64,000 bases of DNA, from NCBI GenBank assembly GCA_030390025.1, contig CM059431.1, positions 130,946,001 to 131,010,000 of the forward strand, written 5' to 3'. Both the position numbers and the translations under genes were made by a program. This stretch comes from Squalus acanthias. Lineage: Eukaryota. The notes beneath the pieces were generated by a model. That model saw only the letters and a list, made by a program, of their open reading frames with translations, was not told the DNA's origin and ran no database searches. Positions 51,801-63,322 of this stretch are shown here, one piece after another; the first letter of the stretch is position 1, and each line of letters begins with the position of its first letter.

Positions 51801-52822
51801 AAAGTATGTCCATTAATTGATGCTTTTGTAGCTGCATGGAATAGGTTCTGAGGACAAGCAGCTGTAATTGGTGTCGTTGCACAAAGAGTGGCTGAAATTC
51901 TAGGTGTGTTTCTTCGAGAAAAAACCCGAGAGGAAGCACGATAGTTTTTAGTTGGAACATCCTGATAGGCCCTTACTGGGGCAGTTCGGTAGGACTTAGC
52001 TTGATAAGCCCTCGTAGAGGCTCTTGATAGGCAAACCTTTACAAAATGACCCTTTTTGTTGCAATGACTGCAAAACGCATTGCGAGCAGGGCAGAATCTC
52101 CGAGGGTGAAACTCATCACCACAAAAAAAGCATTTCTTAGATTGCCAAGAGGCTGCCACAGTGGGGTCATCATCCTCTTCATCAGTGAAGTCATCAGATC
52201 GATCGTCAGGGATAAAGTCCTCCCTAATAGAGTTCACCTGTGGCCTCTTAAATTGCCTGACTGTAGTTAAGGCAGCAGACCGAGGTCTGGGCACTGTAAA
52301 AAGGTCTGCATTTCTTTTTGCCAGATCTAGAGAGCAAGCCAGGTCATAAGCTCTCTGCAGCTCAAGTGTCTTACTTTCCAGTAGACGCTGGCGTATAAAT
52401 GGGGAGGCAAGCCCGCAGATGAACGCATCACGGATCATTTCTTCGCGGTATAGCTCAGCTGAGGCTGCCCGAAAGTTACAGTCCATACTAAGTCTGCGAA
52501 GCTCTTGGAGGAATTTATCAATGGATTCCTCCGGCCCTTGTTGGGCTGTAGCTAGTAGATGTCTAGCATAGACCTCATTCGGTGTCTTAGTATATAGTCT
52601 CTTAAGCGTCTGAATTGCCTCCTCATAACTGTCCCAGTCTTCCACATACTGAAATACATTCGGGGTGACACAGTTGATGAGTATCCGCAACTTTGAGTTA
52701 TCATCAGCTTTGCAATACTCAAGAAAATTCTCAAACGTGCGATACCAGTGTTTCCACACCTTACCGGCTGCTGGGGTGTTTGGGTCCAAGTCAAGACGCG
52801 ATGGTTTAAGGATGTTTTCCAT
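48866..52822 (-). CDS. Gag-Pol polyprotein (1318 aa): gag, zinc knuckles, protease, RT, RNase H, integrase
   Basis: CFFC..H..C and CSHCNKKGHFVKVC; LIDSGST; DLKSAYHQ, LPFG, YLDN; VECDAS, TDQ; HPG..CRVC, IDFKG, HSDRG, GNGQVERFN. Confidence 0.97.
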   Translation of the reverse strand: MENILKPSRLDLDPNTPAAGKVWKHWYRTFENFLEYCKADDNSKLRILINCVTPNVFQYVEDWDSYEEAIQTLKRLYTKTPNEVYARHLLATAQQGPEESIDKFLQELRRLSMDCNFRAASAELYREEMIRDAFICGLASPFIRQRLLESKTLELQRAYDLACSLDLAKRNADLFTVPRPRSAALTTVRQFKRPQVNSIREDFIPDDRSDDFTDEEDDDPTVAASWQSKKCFFCGDEFHPRRFCPARNAFCSHCNKKGHFVKVCLSRASTRAYQAKSYRTAPVRAYQDVPTKNYRASSRVFSRRNTPRISATLCATTPITAACPQNLFHAATKASINGHTLDALIDSGSTDSFIREQTVAQLKLHVFPSDQAVAMAQSSLNTRISGFCVVEIMLKGHRYPSTRLSVLKDLCSDLILGLDFQKQHKKLTIEFGGSKPELTISNIRPRLPFCALSAASLDEPSLFASIPPRCKPIITKSRRFSQEDQSFIAAEISRLLAEDIIEPCSSPWRAQVVIVKNPLQPHKKRLCIDYSQTINQYTDLDAYPLPRIDDMVNKLAEYTVFSTYDLKSAYHQVPLKVSDKQYTAFEANGRLYQFRRLPFGVTNGVAVFQRAMDDLVKQEDLKDTFPYLDNITVAGRNQQEHDANLQRFWDALQHRNLTLNAAKSIESQPTINILGYCVGNGIIKPDPERLRPLQELPPPKNPASLRRALGLFAYYAKWIPNFSDRIQPLLKASIFPLDTTAVAAFNLLKKQLEKAALHSIDESLPFVVECDASEVAISATLNQEGRPVAFLSRTFQGAELHYPPVEKEATAIIEAVRKWSHLLARQHFTLITDQRSVAFMLDNRKRTKIKNNKIQLWRLELASFGYTIHYRPGKENVAPDTLTRAFCSAMAPSTLVDIHDGLCHPGVTRMLHFVRSRNLPFSTGDVKKMCSDCRVCAELKPRFFRPSGGILIHATQPMQRLSIDFKGPLPSSTRNTYLLTMVDEYSRFPFAFPCPNMLTTTVISCLEQVFAFCGMASYVHSDRGPSFMSGELKAYLSERGIAASKTTPYHPVGNGQVERFNAIIWNAVRLALRSRGLPNQHWEAVLPDALHSTRSLLSTATNTTPHERFFRFQRRSSYGTSLPSWLTAPGPVLLRRYVRASKNDPLVDEVELTDVNPTYAYIRYPDGRESTVSLRDLAPCPPKHRGTPGDDIVPGTSLGLPGASHHDRDLTPAGTSLQRADLGQTDYEPVGARTRSHDQPCTVRSETDLPQPCPTPIRVPVHSQDRSDPSQSGLEHSDSGPWPAAGKRARGPLPLREPKRVRLSLIQRLRNGGSIPAS

Positions 52823-52901
52823 GATGGGTGATTCCCTGGATCCTTAGCTCCGAGTTCGTCCAAAAAGTTTGAGTGCGAAGTTTTTCCAAAGTTGATTAAA
52901 T

Positions 52902-53084
52902 TGTCGTAAGAATGAGCCTTACGCGTGGTAAACTTAATGTAAGCTTTAATCAACTTAAAACGGTGCTGCATACAAAAGAGGTCTTACCCTATGCCTCTTC
53001 CAGATCTGACTGATCAGTCCAGTATTTATCCTGGACTGATTACAGGAAGTGATGTAATACAGGAAGCTGAAAAGTGTTACCACA
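52902..53084 (-). repeat. 5' LTR of Gypsy B
   Basis: Base-for-base identical to 48665-48847. Confidence 0.97.
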
Positions 53085-53775
53085 GACACGATGGGCCGAA
53101 GGGCCTCTTTCTGTGCTGTATAAATCTATGACTCTATGACTCTGTGACACTGCTGTTTTTGATATACATTAATGACTTGGACTTGGGGGTACAGGATACA
53201 ATTTTGAAATTTGCAAATGACCCAAAACTTGGAAGCATAGTAAACAGTGAGGAAGAGAGTAATAGACTTCAAGAGGACATAGACAGGCTGGTGGAATGGG
53301 CAGACACATGGTAGATGAAATTCAATGCAGAAAAGTGTGAGGTGATACATTTTGGTTGAAAGAATGAGGAGAGACAAGAGAAGCTAAATGGAACAATTTT
53401 AAATGGGGTGCAAGAAAAGAGAGACCTGAGGGTATTTGTGCACAAATCTTTGAAGGTGGCAGAACGGGTTAACAAAGCAGTTAATAAAGCATATGGGATC
53501 CTGGGCTTTATAAATAGAGGCATAGAGTACAAAAGCCAGGAAGTTATGCTAAACCTATATAAAACACTGGTTCGGCCCCAGCTGGAGTATTGTGTCCAAT
53601 TCTGGCCACAACACTTTAGGAAGGAGGTGAAGGCTTTGGAGAGGGTACAGAAGAGATTTACTAAAATGGTTCTAGGGATGAGGCAATACAGTTATGTGCA
53701 TAGACTGGAGAAGCTGGGGTTGTTCTCCTTAGAGCAGAGAAGGCTAAGAAGAGATATGATAGAGGTGTTTAAATG

Positions 53776-54719
53776 TTTTTTTATTATTTATTCATGGGAT
53801 GTGGGCGTCACTGGAAAGGCAGCCATTTATTGAGCATCCCTAATTGCCCTTGAGAAGGTGGTGGTGAGCCGCCTTCTTGAACCGCTGCAGTCCGTGTAGT
53901 GAAGGTACTCCAACAGTGCTGTTAGGGAGGGAGTTCCAGGATTTTGACCCAGCAACGATGAAGGATCGGCGATATATTTCCAAGTCAGGATGGTGTGTTA
54001 CTTGGAGGTGAACTTAGAGGTGATGGTGTTCCCATGCGCCTGCTGCCCTTGTCCTTCTAGGTGGTAGAGGTCACGGGTTTAGGAGGTGCTGTCAAAGAAG
54101 CCTTAGCAAGTTGCTGCAGAGCATTTTGTAGATGGTACACACTGCAGCCACGGTACGCCGGTGGTGGAGGGAGTGAATGTTTAAGGTGAATGGGGTGCGA
54201 ATCAAGCGGGCTGCTTTGTCTTGGATGGTGTCGAGCTTCTTGAGTGTTGTTGGAGCTGCACTCATCCAGGCAAGTGGAGAGTATTCCATCACACTCCTGA
54301 CTTGTGCCTTGTAGATGGTGGAAAGGCTTTCGGGAGTCAGGAGGTGTGACACTCGTCACAGAATACCTAGCCTCTGACCTGCTCTTGTTGCCACAGTATT
54401 TATGTGGCTGGTCCAGTTAAGTTTTTGGTCAATGGTGACCCCAGGATGTTGATGGTGTGCTATTCGGCAATGGTAATGCCGTTGAATATCAAGGGAAGGT
54501 GGTTAGACTCTCGCTTGTCGGAGATAATCATTGCCTGGTACTTCTGTGGCGCAAATGTTACCTGCCACTTTTCAGCCCAAGCTTGAACGTCGTCCAGGTC
54601 TTGTTGCATGCGGGCATAAACTGCTTCATTATCCGAGGAGTTGTGAATGGCGCTGAATACTGTGCAGTCATCAGTGAACATCCCCATCTCTGACCTCATG
54701 TTGGAGGGAAGGTCATTGA
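53776..54719 (-). mobile_element. Second CR1/L2-group LINE family, 3' fragment
   Basis: MFTDDCTVF, WQVTFAP, YKAQVRSVMEYSPLAW; 3' end shared with the SINE at 61567. Confidence 0.85.
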
Positions 54720-55250
54720 ATTGCCAATTAAAGTCACCGTAGAATGTTAGGTCTGCTGCTTAACAGTGTAACAATTTTTTAATGTTGAGATTTATGTTGC
54801 TGCAATGCTACTCAACCTCTCTAGCCCAGAAAGGTTACAATTAGAACTGTGGAGTCTTTTTCCTGCAGGTAGTAAATTGTTGTTAGAGATTATTTTAATT
54901 TAAAATTTTACATTGTTAAATTTTTTCTTACTTTTCCATTCTGTCTCTTTTTTTCTCTCTCTCTTAATCCAATCGTTCTTTTCCTCTCATTATTTCTCTT
55001 TCTGTCCCTGATTTGACTCTGATTCATCCTCCTTCTCCATTGTTCCTCTGTTTCTTTCTCAATCCTTAAATCTCATTGATCAAGGAAATAGACTGTTGTT
55101 CCCATTGTTTACCAAAGTCCCAGATGCCACGATGTCCTTGCATCTGTTATCAGCTCGCACTTCCAGCAACTTCCAGTGCAAAGTTTTTTCAAGCTGACAC
55201 GTGAGGCAAAAAGTCTAAATGACAGGGCACGTTCCAGCAAAATCTGAGCC
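54720..55250. mobile_element. MITE fragment with CT-rich interior
   Basis: Ends aaaatctgagcc; CT-rich tract like the reverse complement of 6930-7060. Confidence 0.4.
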
Positions 55251-55495
55251 AATCTGCTATTAAGTCAACAGAAAAATAAATAAATTGGATAATGGATGGA
55301 CAGAAATTGGATGACCTTCAGGATTTGCAATGTTCTCTTTGCAGACTCTCTGTGCAAATAGAACTCCACTTTGAAGACCTCTGATCTATGTCATTTAAGA
55401 AGTATTCACAGCATGATAATCAGACAAGCTTTGACTACCACTATTATCTTACGAACAAACAATTACGTGATTTTAGATATAGTTTTGGGGTGGAT

Positions 55496-56045
55496 CAACA
55501 ACAACAACTTGTATTTATATAGTGCCTTTAAAGTCGTAAAATTTCCCAAGGTGTTTTACAGGAGTCTGTTTTATCAGACAAAATTTGATACTGAGCCACA
55601 TAATGAGATATTGGGACAGATGACCAAAAGCTTGGTCAAAGAGGTAGTTTTTAAGGAGCACCTTAAAGGAGTAAAGAGAGGTAGAGAGGCGGGGAGGTTT
55701 AAGAAGGGAATTCCAGAGTTATCGGCCTCGGCAGCTGAAGGCACGGCCGCCAATGGTGGAGTGATTAAAATAGGCGATGTGCAAAAGGCCAGAATTAGAG
55801 GAGCACAGAAATTTCGGAGGGTTGTACGGTGGGAGGAGGATACAGAGATAGGGAGGGGCGAGGCCAGGGAGGGATTTGAAAACAAGTGTGAGAATTTTTA
55901 AATTGAGGCGTTGCTGGACCGGGAGCCAATGCAGGTCAGCGACGGGTGAACGGGAATTGGTATGAGTTAGAATACTGGCAGCAGAGTTTTGGACGAGCTC
56001 AAGTTTATGTAGGGTGGAAGATAGGAGGCCGGCCAGGAGAGCCTG
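55496..56045 (-). mobile_element. L2 LINE 3' fragment
   Basis: (CAA)n tail; QNSAA..LHWLPV..KIL..GGRAF; homologous to 4931-6340. Confidence 0.85.
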
Positions 56046-56871
56046 CCCAGGAGACAAAGCAAAAGGCTTCGACACTCACCTGATGGCACCAGCCTCAACC
56101 TGGCCCTGTCCTCGTGTGCAGTCAGCTGTTTCAGGAAGGGGATTCCAGCTCCTGAGTGGGCGTGCTCCCGTGCCTGAGAAATCATCCCAGAGTTAGCAGG
56201 GAAACACCTACAAAAAGAATATTGGGGAAAGTCAGGTTTCCCAATCTATATTTATATTACTTGCCTTCTCTGCTCTGCCTGGGTTCCAACAGTTTGAACA
56301 GCTGGATTTTTACCCAGCTGTGCAGGGAACTTTACAGTAGTTGGTGCAAGTGGATTGGAAAACAATTATGTCCATTTAGAAGGAGAAAACAGCACCAAAA
56401 AGAAATAGGAAAAACTGGTAACAAATCGAGACGAGGCTGTGATCAAAATCAATAACAATCAAAATTATTAGAGCTAGCTCATGAGTTGGGAGCTATCTTG
56501 CAAGAACTGCTGTTTCCCACACCTCTCAGACTGTGGGAGTCAAAACCTGAAAGAGTTGGTGGGTATTCTAGAGGGCCAGGTCCATGGCTTGGTGAATTAA
56601 GCAAAATGGTACAACAGCTGAATATCTTTATTCTAATTATTTTGTTCCAAGGAAACAACATAACACATAAGACAGGGGTTCTTAATTCTATTCAACGTCC
56701 TCTTACCTGATTTTGTGATCTTACTGAGGCCATGATGGGACTCTCTCAATCCTATTTTTGTTGGGGTCAATGGAAGGATCGCCAACCCACGACACTAGCA
56801 AAACCTGAGCGACAGCTTCAAAGACGCTGCCACAACCACCAAAAAACTGACAACTCAAAAGCAAAAGAAAG

Positions 56872-57092
56872 TAAAAAGAAAGACTTGCATTTATATATCG
56901 CTTTTCACAACCACCGGACATCCCAAAGCACTTTACAGCCAATGAAGTACTTTTTGAAGTGTAGTCACTGTTGTAATGTAGGAAACGCAGCAGCCAATTT
57001 GCACACAGCAAGCTCCCACAAACAGCAATGTGATAATGACCAGATGATTTGTTTTTAGTGATGTTGATTGAGGGATAAAGATTGGCTAGCAA
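56872..57092 (-). mobile_element. Deu-domain SINE 3' part
   Basis: Matches 62890-63070. Confidence 0.75.
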
Positions 57093-57139
57093 CTCTAAAT
57101 ATAGGCCTATGACATGTGTGAATAAGTAATTACACTGAA

Positions 57140-57604
57140 ATTGTAGTAGGATCAAAATGGCCAGGAAGTCGACGGGAAGCAGCTGGCTGTTACAATCGTG
57201 ACGGTCGGAAGCAGCCACTGAAGACCAGAGGGAATGACCCCCGGCACTTACGCAAGTGGTAGGTGGGGGCAGGTGGAATCCCGGAGTAGGGAAGGCACAA
57301 GGTTCCTTTGTGTGGCTGGGATGAGCACTCCTGCTCCTCCTGACCCACAAGGAAACTAAAAAATTAACTTGCCTTAACTTGCTCCTGTTCCTGTCAGGTT
57401 GGGCCTGGTGGGGAAACCACTGCTGCTTCCCTGCTCAGGCCTCAGGCTAGAATCACAGATAAAATTATCATAGCCCGATCTGCATATTTGAATAGGATGC
57501 CTGGGCAAGTTCCCTGCTCCATTTTAACACCCCCACCCACCCCCCCCACTTCACCATCCCCCCCCCCCAGTTTCTACCAGGCAAGGGAAGTTAAAATCAA
57601 GGCC
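57140..57604. mobile_element. Harbinger-like MITE fragment
   Basis: Ends gttaaaatcaaggcc; similar to 8500-8912. Confidence 0.45.
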
Positions 57605-58277
57605 ATAGTATCAGTTTGGGCTAGGATAGGACTTCAGTGAGTTAATTTAATTTAATCTCCCGATACCCAGAATCAGTTGCTCACTGCTGTACCTTCTCAA
57701 AGCAACATTATCCTTCCTATGATTTGGTGGCTAGAACTGAATTTTGTACTGCAGATAAGCCCAAGCAATATGTCTTGTACTATGTTACAGTTCAGGCTTT
57801 TTTGTTGAAATGGTAAATTGTTTACTGAACTTATGTTGGATCCCCATCATTTCTTCTGAAGCATTTTAGATGTAAAATACCAGAGTGGACCAACTTCATG
57901 CTGGTTAAAACAAGTAATTTAATTTATACTAATTTAGATTCGCAGTGGGTCATTTTGACTTTGGACAAGAATGTGTAATGTATGATATTGACTACATTTC
58001 ACGCTGAGAATAATTTGTTCCCCTCAAAGAGAGTTAACTAATTATATTAATTAGTTGTGGTCCCATTGAAGTATAGACTGTAAAATTAAAAACCACAGTA
58101 GTGTATTTAATTTACTGCCTGTAGTATTTTGGTCAATACATCAAAAATAAACGAACAAAATTTCACAATCTATGACAGTCACAAAACCTCTTTCGATTTG
58201 TACTCTATCTCTCTGCTAATGAAATCCAGTACATTCCTTTTCTATCACAGCGAAGCAGAATGCTGATGGTTTTCTAC

Positions 58278-58572
58278 CTGGATATGCACTTGAAATGCTG
58301 CAACCCACAGGGCTACGGACCAAGAGCTGGAAAGTGGGATGAGGCTGGATAGCTCTTTTTCGGCTGGCACAGACATGATGGGCCGAATGGCCTGCTTCTG
58401 TGCTGTAAATTTCTATGATTCTATAATTTAATTGCCCCATTTAATTTAATAATTTAATTTCCTACATTACAACAGTGACTACGCTTCAAAAAAAAGTACT
58501 TCATTGGTTGTAAAGCGCTTTGGGACGTCCAGTGGTAGTGAAAGGCGTTATATAGATGCAAGTCTTTCTTTC
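58278..58572 (+). mobile_element. CR1 tail followed by a Deu-SINE tail
   Basis: gatgggccgaatggcct plus ttctatga; then the reverse complement of 56872-56985. Confidence 0.7.
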
Positions 58573-58702
58573 TTACCATCCCTCTGTCACGGAACATTAC
58601 AGTGTCCTCTTGTGCACAAGACTGAAATGAAAGGTACCATAAAACAAACATTCCAAACATCATTTACAAATGATGAATTCTAATATTACATTACAAAGTC
58701 AA

Positions 58703-60700
58703 CTAATCACCCTTGTGCATTCCCTTAGTATCTGTCTTTTGTGTTCCTTTACCTATTCTAGTGCTCCTTTGCAGTGCTACCCCAGTGGCTGCAGCATGGC
58801 TGGTGGAAGGCTGCTGACTTTCAGTGGAGTACACTGCAGATAGTCTTGCAGGACGACCCAGAGCAGCTCTGGACCTAGAAGGCCCGGCTGTAGAAACATA
58901 GAAATATAGAAGATAGGAGCAGCAGTAGGCCATTTGGCCCCTCGAGCCTGCTCCGCCATTCGATGAGATCATAGACTGCACCTCCTTGGCCTGGGCGGCA
59001 GCAGTCTGAGCTGGCTGGCTGACAGAGAACTGCAATGGCACTGGTGGAGTGGCAGTGGTAGAAGTATGAATACTGTCATCCTGAGAGAGGACAGCAGGTT
59101 CTTGCTCCACAGACCCACTGCCACTCCCCCGGGGTGGCACCTCAGCATTGCTAGCCATCTGTTGGATGTCAGATTGCTGGCCTGCTGTGAGACCCTGCAA
59201 GCCCCTTTCAACAGTCGTAAACTCAGCCACGATAGCCGCAGTCTGATCTTGCGTGGCAGCAAACTGAGCCTGCATGAGAGCCGTCTGCGCTTCCACTGCA
59301 GCACTCAGACGTTGGATCACTTCCGCTTCAGCTGCAATGGAAGTTGAGAGATCGTCCATCACACTCAGCATCATGGTTGGGTCCACAAGTGCTCTAATGG
59401 AATTGCCCTTCACTTCCATCTTGGAAATCATGGGCTCCAAGCTCTTCACAAAGCCCCGGGCAAGGTTGGAGCTGGACTTCTCCATACTCCTTGACAGTGA
59501 CAACAGCCTCTCTGACAGGCCTGCCATTGCAGCAAGCATTTCTGTGTGCATGCTCATCACCCTTCCTCTGAAGGCCACCCCATCGAGGTCATCATCTGAG
59601 TTCTCTGCAGCAGAACTCGCATGTGAACTCGCCCTCTGGGGAGTTGGCACCTGCGCTACACTTTCGCCTGGCCTGGCTGCAGGCCACTCATGCCCAGTGA
59701 CTCACCACAATCAGATCCTGCCTCTATACTACCCTCTAAAGTTCACACAGTGCCTTTTACTGAGCTGGTGCCTGGGAGTGTCTGATCGAGTGACCGTGTC
59801 TCTTTTTCTCTATCACTTTCCTCCTCTACTTCTCCCTGCACAGGCTGGGCTGGTGGCAGTTCCTGGGTATCTGAAAAGAGAAAGGCACAAGCGTTGGGTT
59901 GTGGTGAGGGGACGGAGCGAAAGTAAGATTTGCATCCTTACATCATCAGCAGCTTGTAAGTGAGAAGAGATTGTGGAATGAGGGGGAAGTGGGTTGTGAG
60001 AAGAAGGATTAGGTATGAGCATACCCTCACCATCAATGCTTTTAGCCTCGCCGATCGCCACAGTCTCAGTGACGGCCCCTCCAATTATATCGAGAACCGT
60101 CTCTTCCAGCTGGGTCAGGTTTTACAGCCGTGTTTGCCCCCGCCTGTTAGCTCCTGCTAGCATCGGTTCTGCGCCACCTTGGCTTGCAAAGAGAAAGGTA
60201 GGTGTGCCAGTGAGTGTGGTGCAATGTGTTTGGGTGATGCACCTGTCATGGTTGAATGGCTGACATTGTGTGTAAGGTGTGAGGTGTGGGTGTGAGTCTT
60301 GACACAGTGGTAAATGTGTGAGAGTGAGGTGAAGCTATGATTATGGTGTATGAGTCGTGATTGATAGAGATTGTTGATAGGTGAGTGACAGTGGTGCGGT
60401 GCATTAAGCAGTGTGTGAGGCTAGTGGTGCAGTTGGTGAGATATGGCATTTGTAGATGCATTCACTGACCTTGACCACTCGTGTGAGGTCAGTAAACTTC
60501 TTCTGGCACTGGGTCAGGTCCTCGGGCAGAGACTAGTGGCACCGACGACTTCAGCTATCTGTTCCCACTGCCTTTGAACAATCTGTCTTGAAGGCTTCCT
60601 GGCCCCCTGCGGGTAGAGGAGCTGCTTTCTCCTATCGCACACTGCACCAAGGCCTCCAGTGCTGTTTCTGAGAACTGAGGTGCCCTTTCTCTGCCCTGTT
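58703..60700 (-). pseudogene. Second Harbinger Myb/SANT-like gene (spliced, degraded)
   Basis: Exon 1 RKAPQFSETALEALV..QCQKKFTDLTRVVK followed by gt; exon 2 AKVAQNR..ELTGGG; long Ala/Ser/Gln-rich last exon similar to 18529-19342. Confidence 0.75.
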
Positions 60701-61566
60701 GCCTAAGGGATAGTTGAAGAGAAGGAACAAATTTGTTAAAAATGTGCTATTGTGCATCAAAAGATGCTAGGTCGTTTTCTGTAAGTGAACTTGTTTTTCT
60801 TAAGTCCATATGTCGTGACAGAAAGAATAAAAAGCAATAGCAATAATATGATACATCAAGATTTTTGTCGCATCCAGCAACACTGAACCCTGGTTTAACT
60901 CAGATTCCAGCAGGTGTCCTTTGCGCCTGCTTAGAAGAACAAGTTAAAATTGGAACCTGCGGTGTGGCTGTGGGACGTTGCCGGGTGAGTCCCAGGCACG
61001 ATTTTAAATACCGTCCTGGTAGCCTTGAAGTTTGTTCTCCCTAGTCCATCAAAATTGGAGGTTTAGGAAAACTGACTGCTATTCATTTTCGTTAAGGAAT
61101 TCTCCTGTGCCAAGGCAAATAACATCATATACATGTCTGGCTGACAGCAGATCTCACGTACTCACCCATCCACACAACTAAGCATCCATGGGAAACTTTG
61201 TATAGACGTTTACATTACAATTATAGCTACAAGGAATCAGATATAGCTAAGTCTACTCTCTCTTCTCTGCGGTCAGTAAACATTCTCATGGTGTAAGCCT
61301 TATGAATCATCAGTGAAACAGGGAACACAAAAATGCTAATAACATCAAAGTTATTGCATTCTCTGCATGAGAGAAATATGCTTTTTTTGTATTATTCCCA
61401 TGGGAAGCTGCTCATCCAGTGAGTAGGTACCTGTGGTATCACCCTTTAATGATCACTTTATGGTAGCAGAACAACTGGTGGAAGATCACTCTTTCAACAT
61501 AGACATTTAAACCACTCAGGGACTGGTGAGAGGACCAGCAATACTCTCTGGTAAAGGAATATCTGT

Positions 61567-62775
61567 TTTTTTAAATTCATTCTCAGGGTCTAGGTGTCAC
61601 TGGCAAGGTCGGCATTTATTGCCCATTCCTAGTTGCCCTAAGAAGGTGGTGTTGAACCTTCTTCTTGAACCGTTGGTTTGAAACAACTGTGTGGCTTGCT
61701 CGGTGCGGCAGTTAAGAATCAACCACGTTGGTGTGGAACTGGTATCAAATATAGGCCAGACCAGGTAAGGATCATAGCTTTCTTTCCCTGGAGAAGTTGA
61801 AGCATTTAGTTGGGCTTTTATGACAATCCAACAGTGTTATAGTCACTTTTACTGACATATAGGAACATAGGAACAGGAGTAGGCCACTGAGCCCCTCGAG
61901 CCTGTTCCGCCATTCCATGAGATCATGGCTGATCTGCGACCTAACTCCATATACCCACCTTTGGCCCATATCGCTTAACCTTTGGTTAACAAAAAGCTAT
62001 CAATCTCAGATTTAAAATTAACAATAGATCTAGCATCAATTGCCGTTTGCGGAAAACAGTTCCAAACTTCTACCACCCTTTGTGTGTAGAAGTGTTTCCT
62101 AATTTCACTCCTGAAAAGTCTGCCTCTAATTTTTAGACTATGCCCCCGAATCCTAGAATCCCCAACCAGCGGAAATAGTTTCTCTCTCTCTACCCTACCT
62201 GTTCTCCTGAATATCCTGAAAACTTCGATCAGATCACCCCTTAACCTTCTAAATTCTTGGGAATACAACCCTAATTTCTGTAATCTTGCCTTGAAGTCCT
62301 GGTATCATTCTAGTAAACCTACGCTGCACTCCCTCCATGGCCAATATATCTTTCCTGAGGTGTGGTGCCCAGAACTGCTCACAGTACTCCATGTTTGGTC
62401 TAACCAGGGCCTTGTACAGCTGCAACATAACTTCTACCCCCTTGTATTCTAGTCTTCTAGATATAATGGCCAGCATTCCATTAGCCTTTTTGAATATTTT
62501 CTGTACCTGGTCATAACATTTTCATGATCTATGTACTTGGACCCCCAAGTCTCTTTGGCTTGGGTTTTTAGCTTTTCACCATTTAGAAAGTACCCTGTTC
62601 TATCCTTTTTAGGTCCAAAGTGGATGACCTAACATACCAACATTGTTTTTATTTCCAGATTTAAAAAATACTGAATTCAAATGATCATGGTGGGATTTGA
62701 AGTCATATTTTCTAGATTCTTACTCCAGGCCTCTGGACTATTAGTCCAGTAACATAATCACTATACAGTACTACC
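61567..62775 (-). mobile_element. tRNA-derived SINE split by a CR1 fragment (61855-62633)
   Basis: tRNA-like head at about 62690-62775; 3' end shared with the LINE at 53776; the CR1 carries RRLRGDLIE..FYTQRVVEVWN. Confidence 0.7.
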
Positions 62776-62889
62776 ATTCCCCTATCACTATCACGCACTG
62801 GTTTCCAATTAGGGACCAAAAGAAATGTAGTCAGCGTTGCATGACATCAAGAATACATTTTTTGGTTTACTTTATTCTTGAATGAAAGA

Positions 62890-63322
62890 GAAAAGAAAGA
62901 ACTCGTATTTATATAGCGCCTTTCATAACTGCAGAACATTCCTAAGTGCTTTACAGTATTTTGAAGTGTAATCACTGTTATAATGTAAGGAAACATGGCA
63001 GCCAATTTGTGCACAAACAGCAATGAGATAATCTATTTTTTAGTGGTATTGGATGAGGCATAAATATTGACCAGGACACCAGGAGAACTCCCTGTTCTTC
63101 TTGGAATAATGTCACAGGAACTTTTACACCCACCTGAGAGATCAGACAGAACCTCTGTTTAACATCTCATCTGAAAGGCAGCACCTCCGACAATACAGCA
63201 CATCCTCAGTCCTGCACTGACGTTTCAGCCTGGATTATGTGCTCAGGTCTCCGGAGTGGGGCTTGAACTGATACCATTCTGACTCCAAGGCAAGAGTTTT
63301 GCCACTGAGCCAAGGCTAACAC
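62890..63322 (-). mobile_element. Full-length Deu-domain SINE (SacSINE1-like)
   Basis: A box TGGCTCAGTGG and B box GTTCAAGCC; central gtttaacatctcatctgaaag..cacctccgac resembles the Deu core; L2-like tail. Confidence 0.75.

Larger units (their letters stand above)
48665..53084 (-). mobile_element. Gypsy LTR retrotransposon B, intact and young
   Basis: Identical 183-bp TG..CA LTRs; GACAC TSD (48660-48664, 53085-53089); purine-rich PPT (ggggggggagaa on -) next to the 3' LTR. Confidence 0.97.
47620..53772 (+). mobile_element. CR1 LINE (degraded), host of an 83-bp insert, a CR1 tail and Gypsy B
   Basis: VLNQYFASV..KSPGPDGMHPR at 47731-48048; resumes around 53146 with RPQLEYCVQFW. Confidence 0.85.

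Noticed and set aside
52552..52971. 139-aa ORF starting in the LTR as an extra gene
   Set aside because: It overlaps gag out of frame, has no motifs, and may start upstream of the TSS.
63250..63322. tRNA gene
   Set aside because: The A/B boxes belong to a SINE head and no full cloverleaf is evident.
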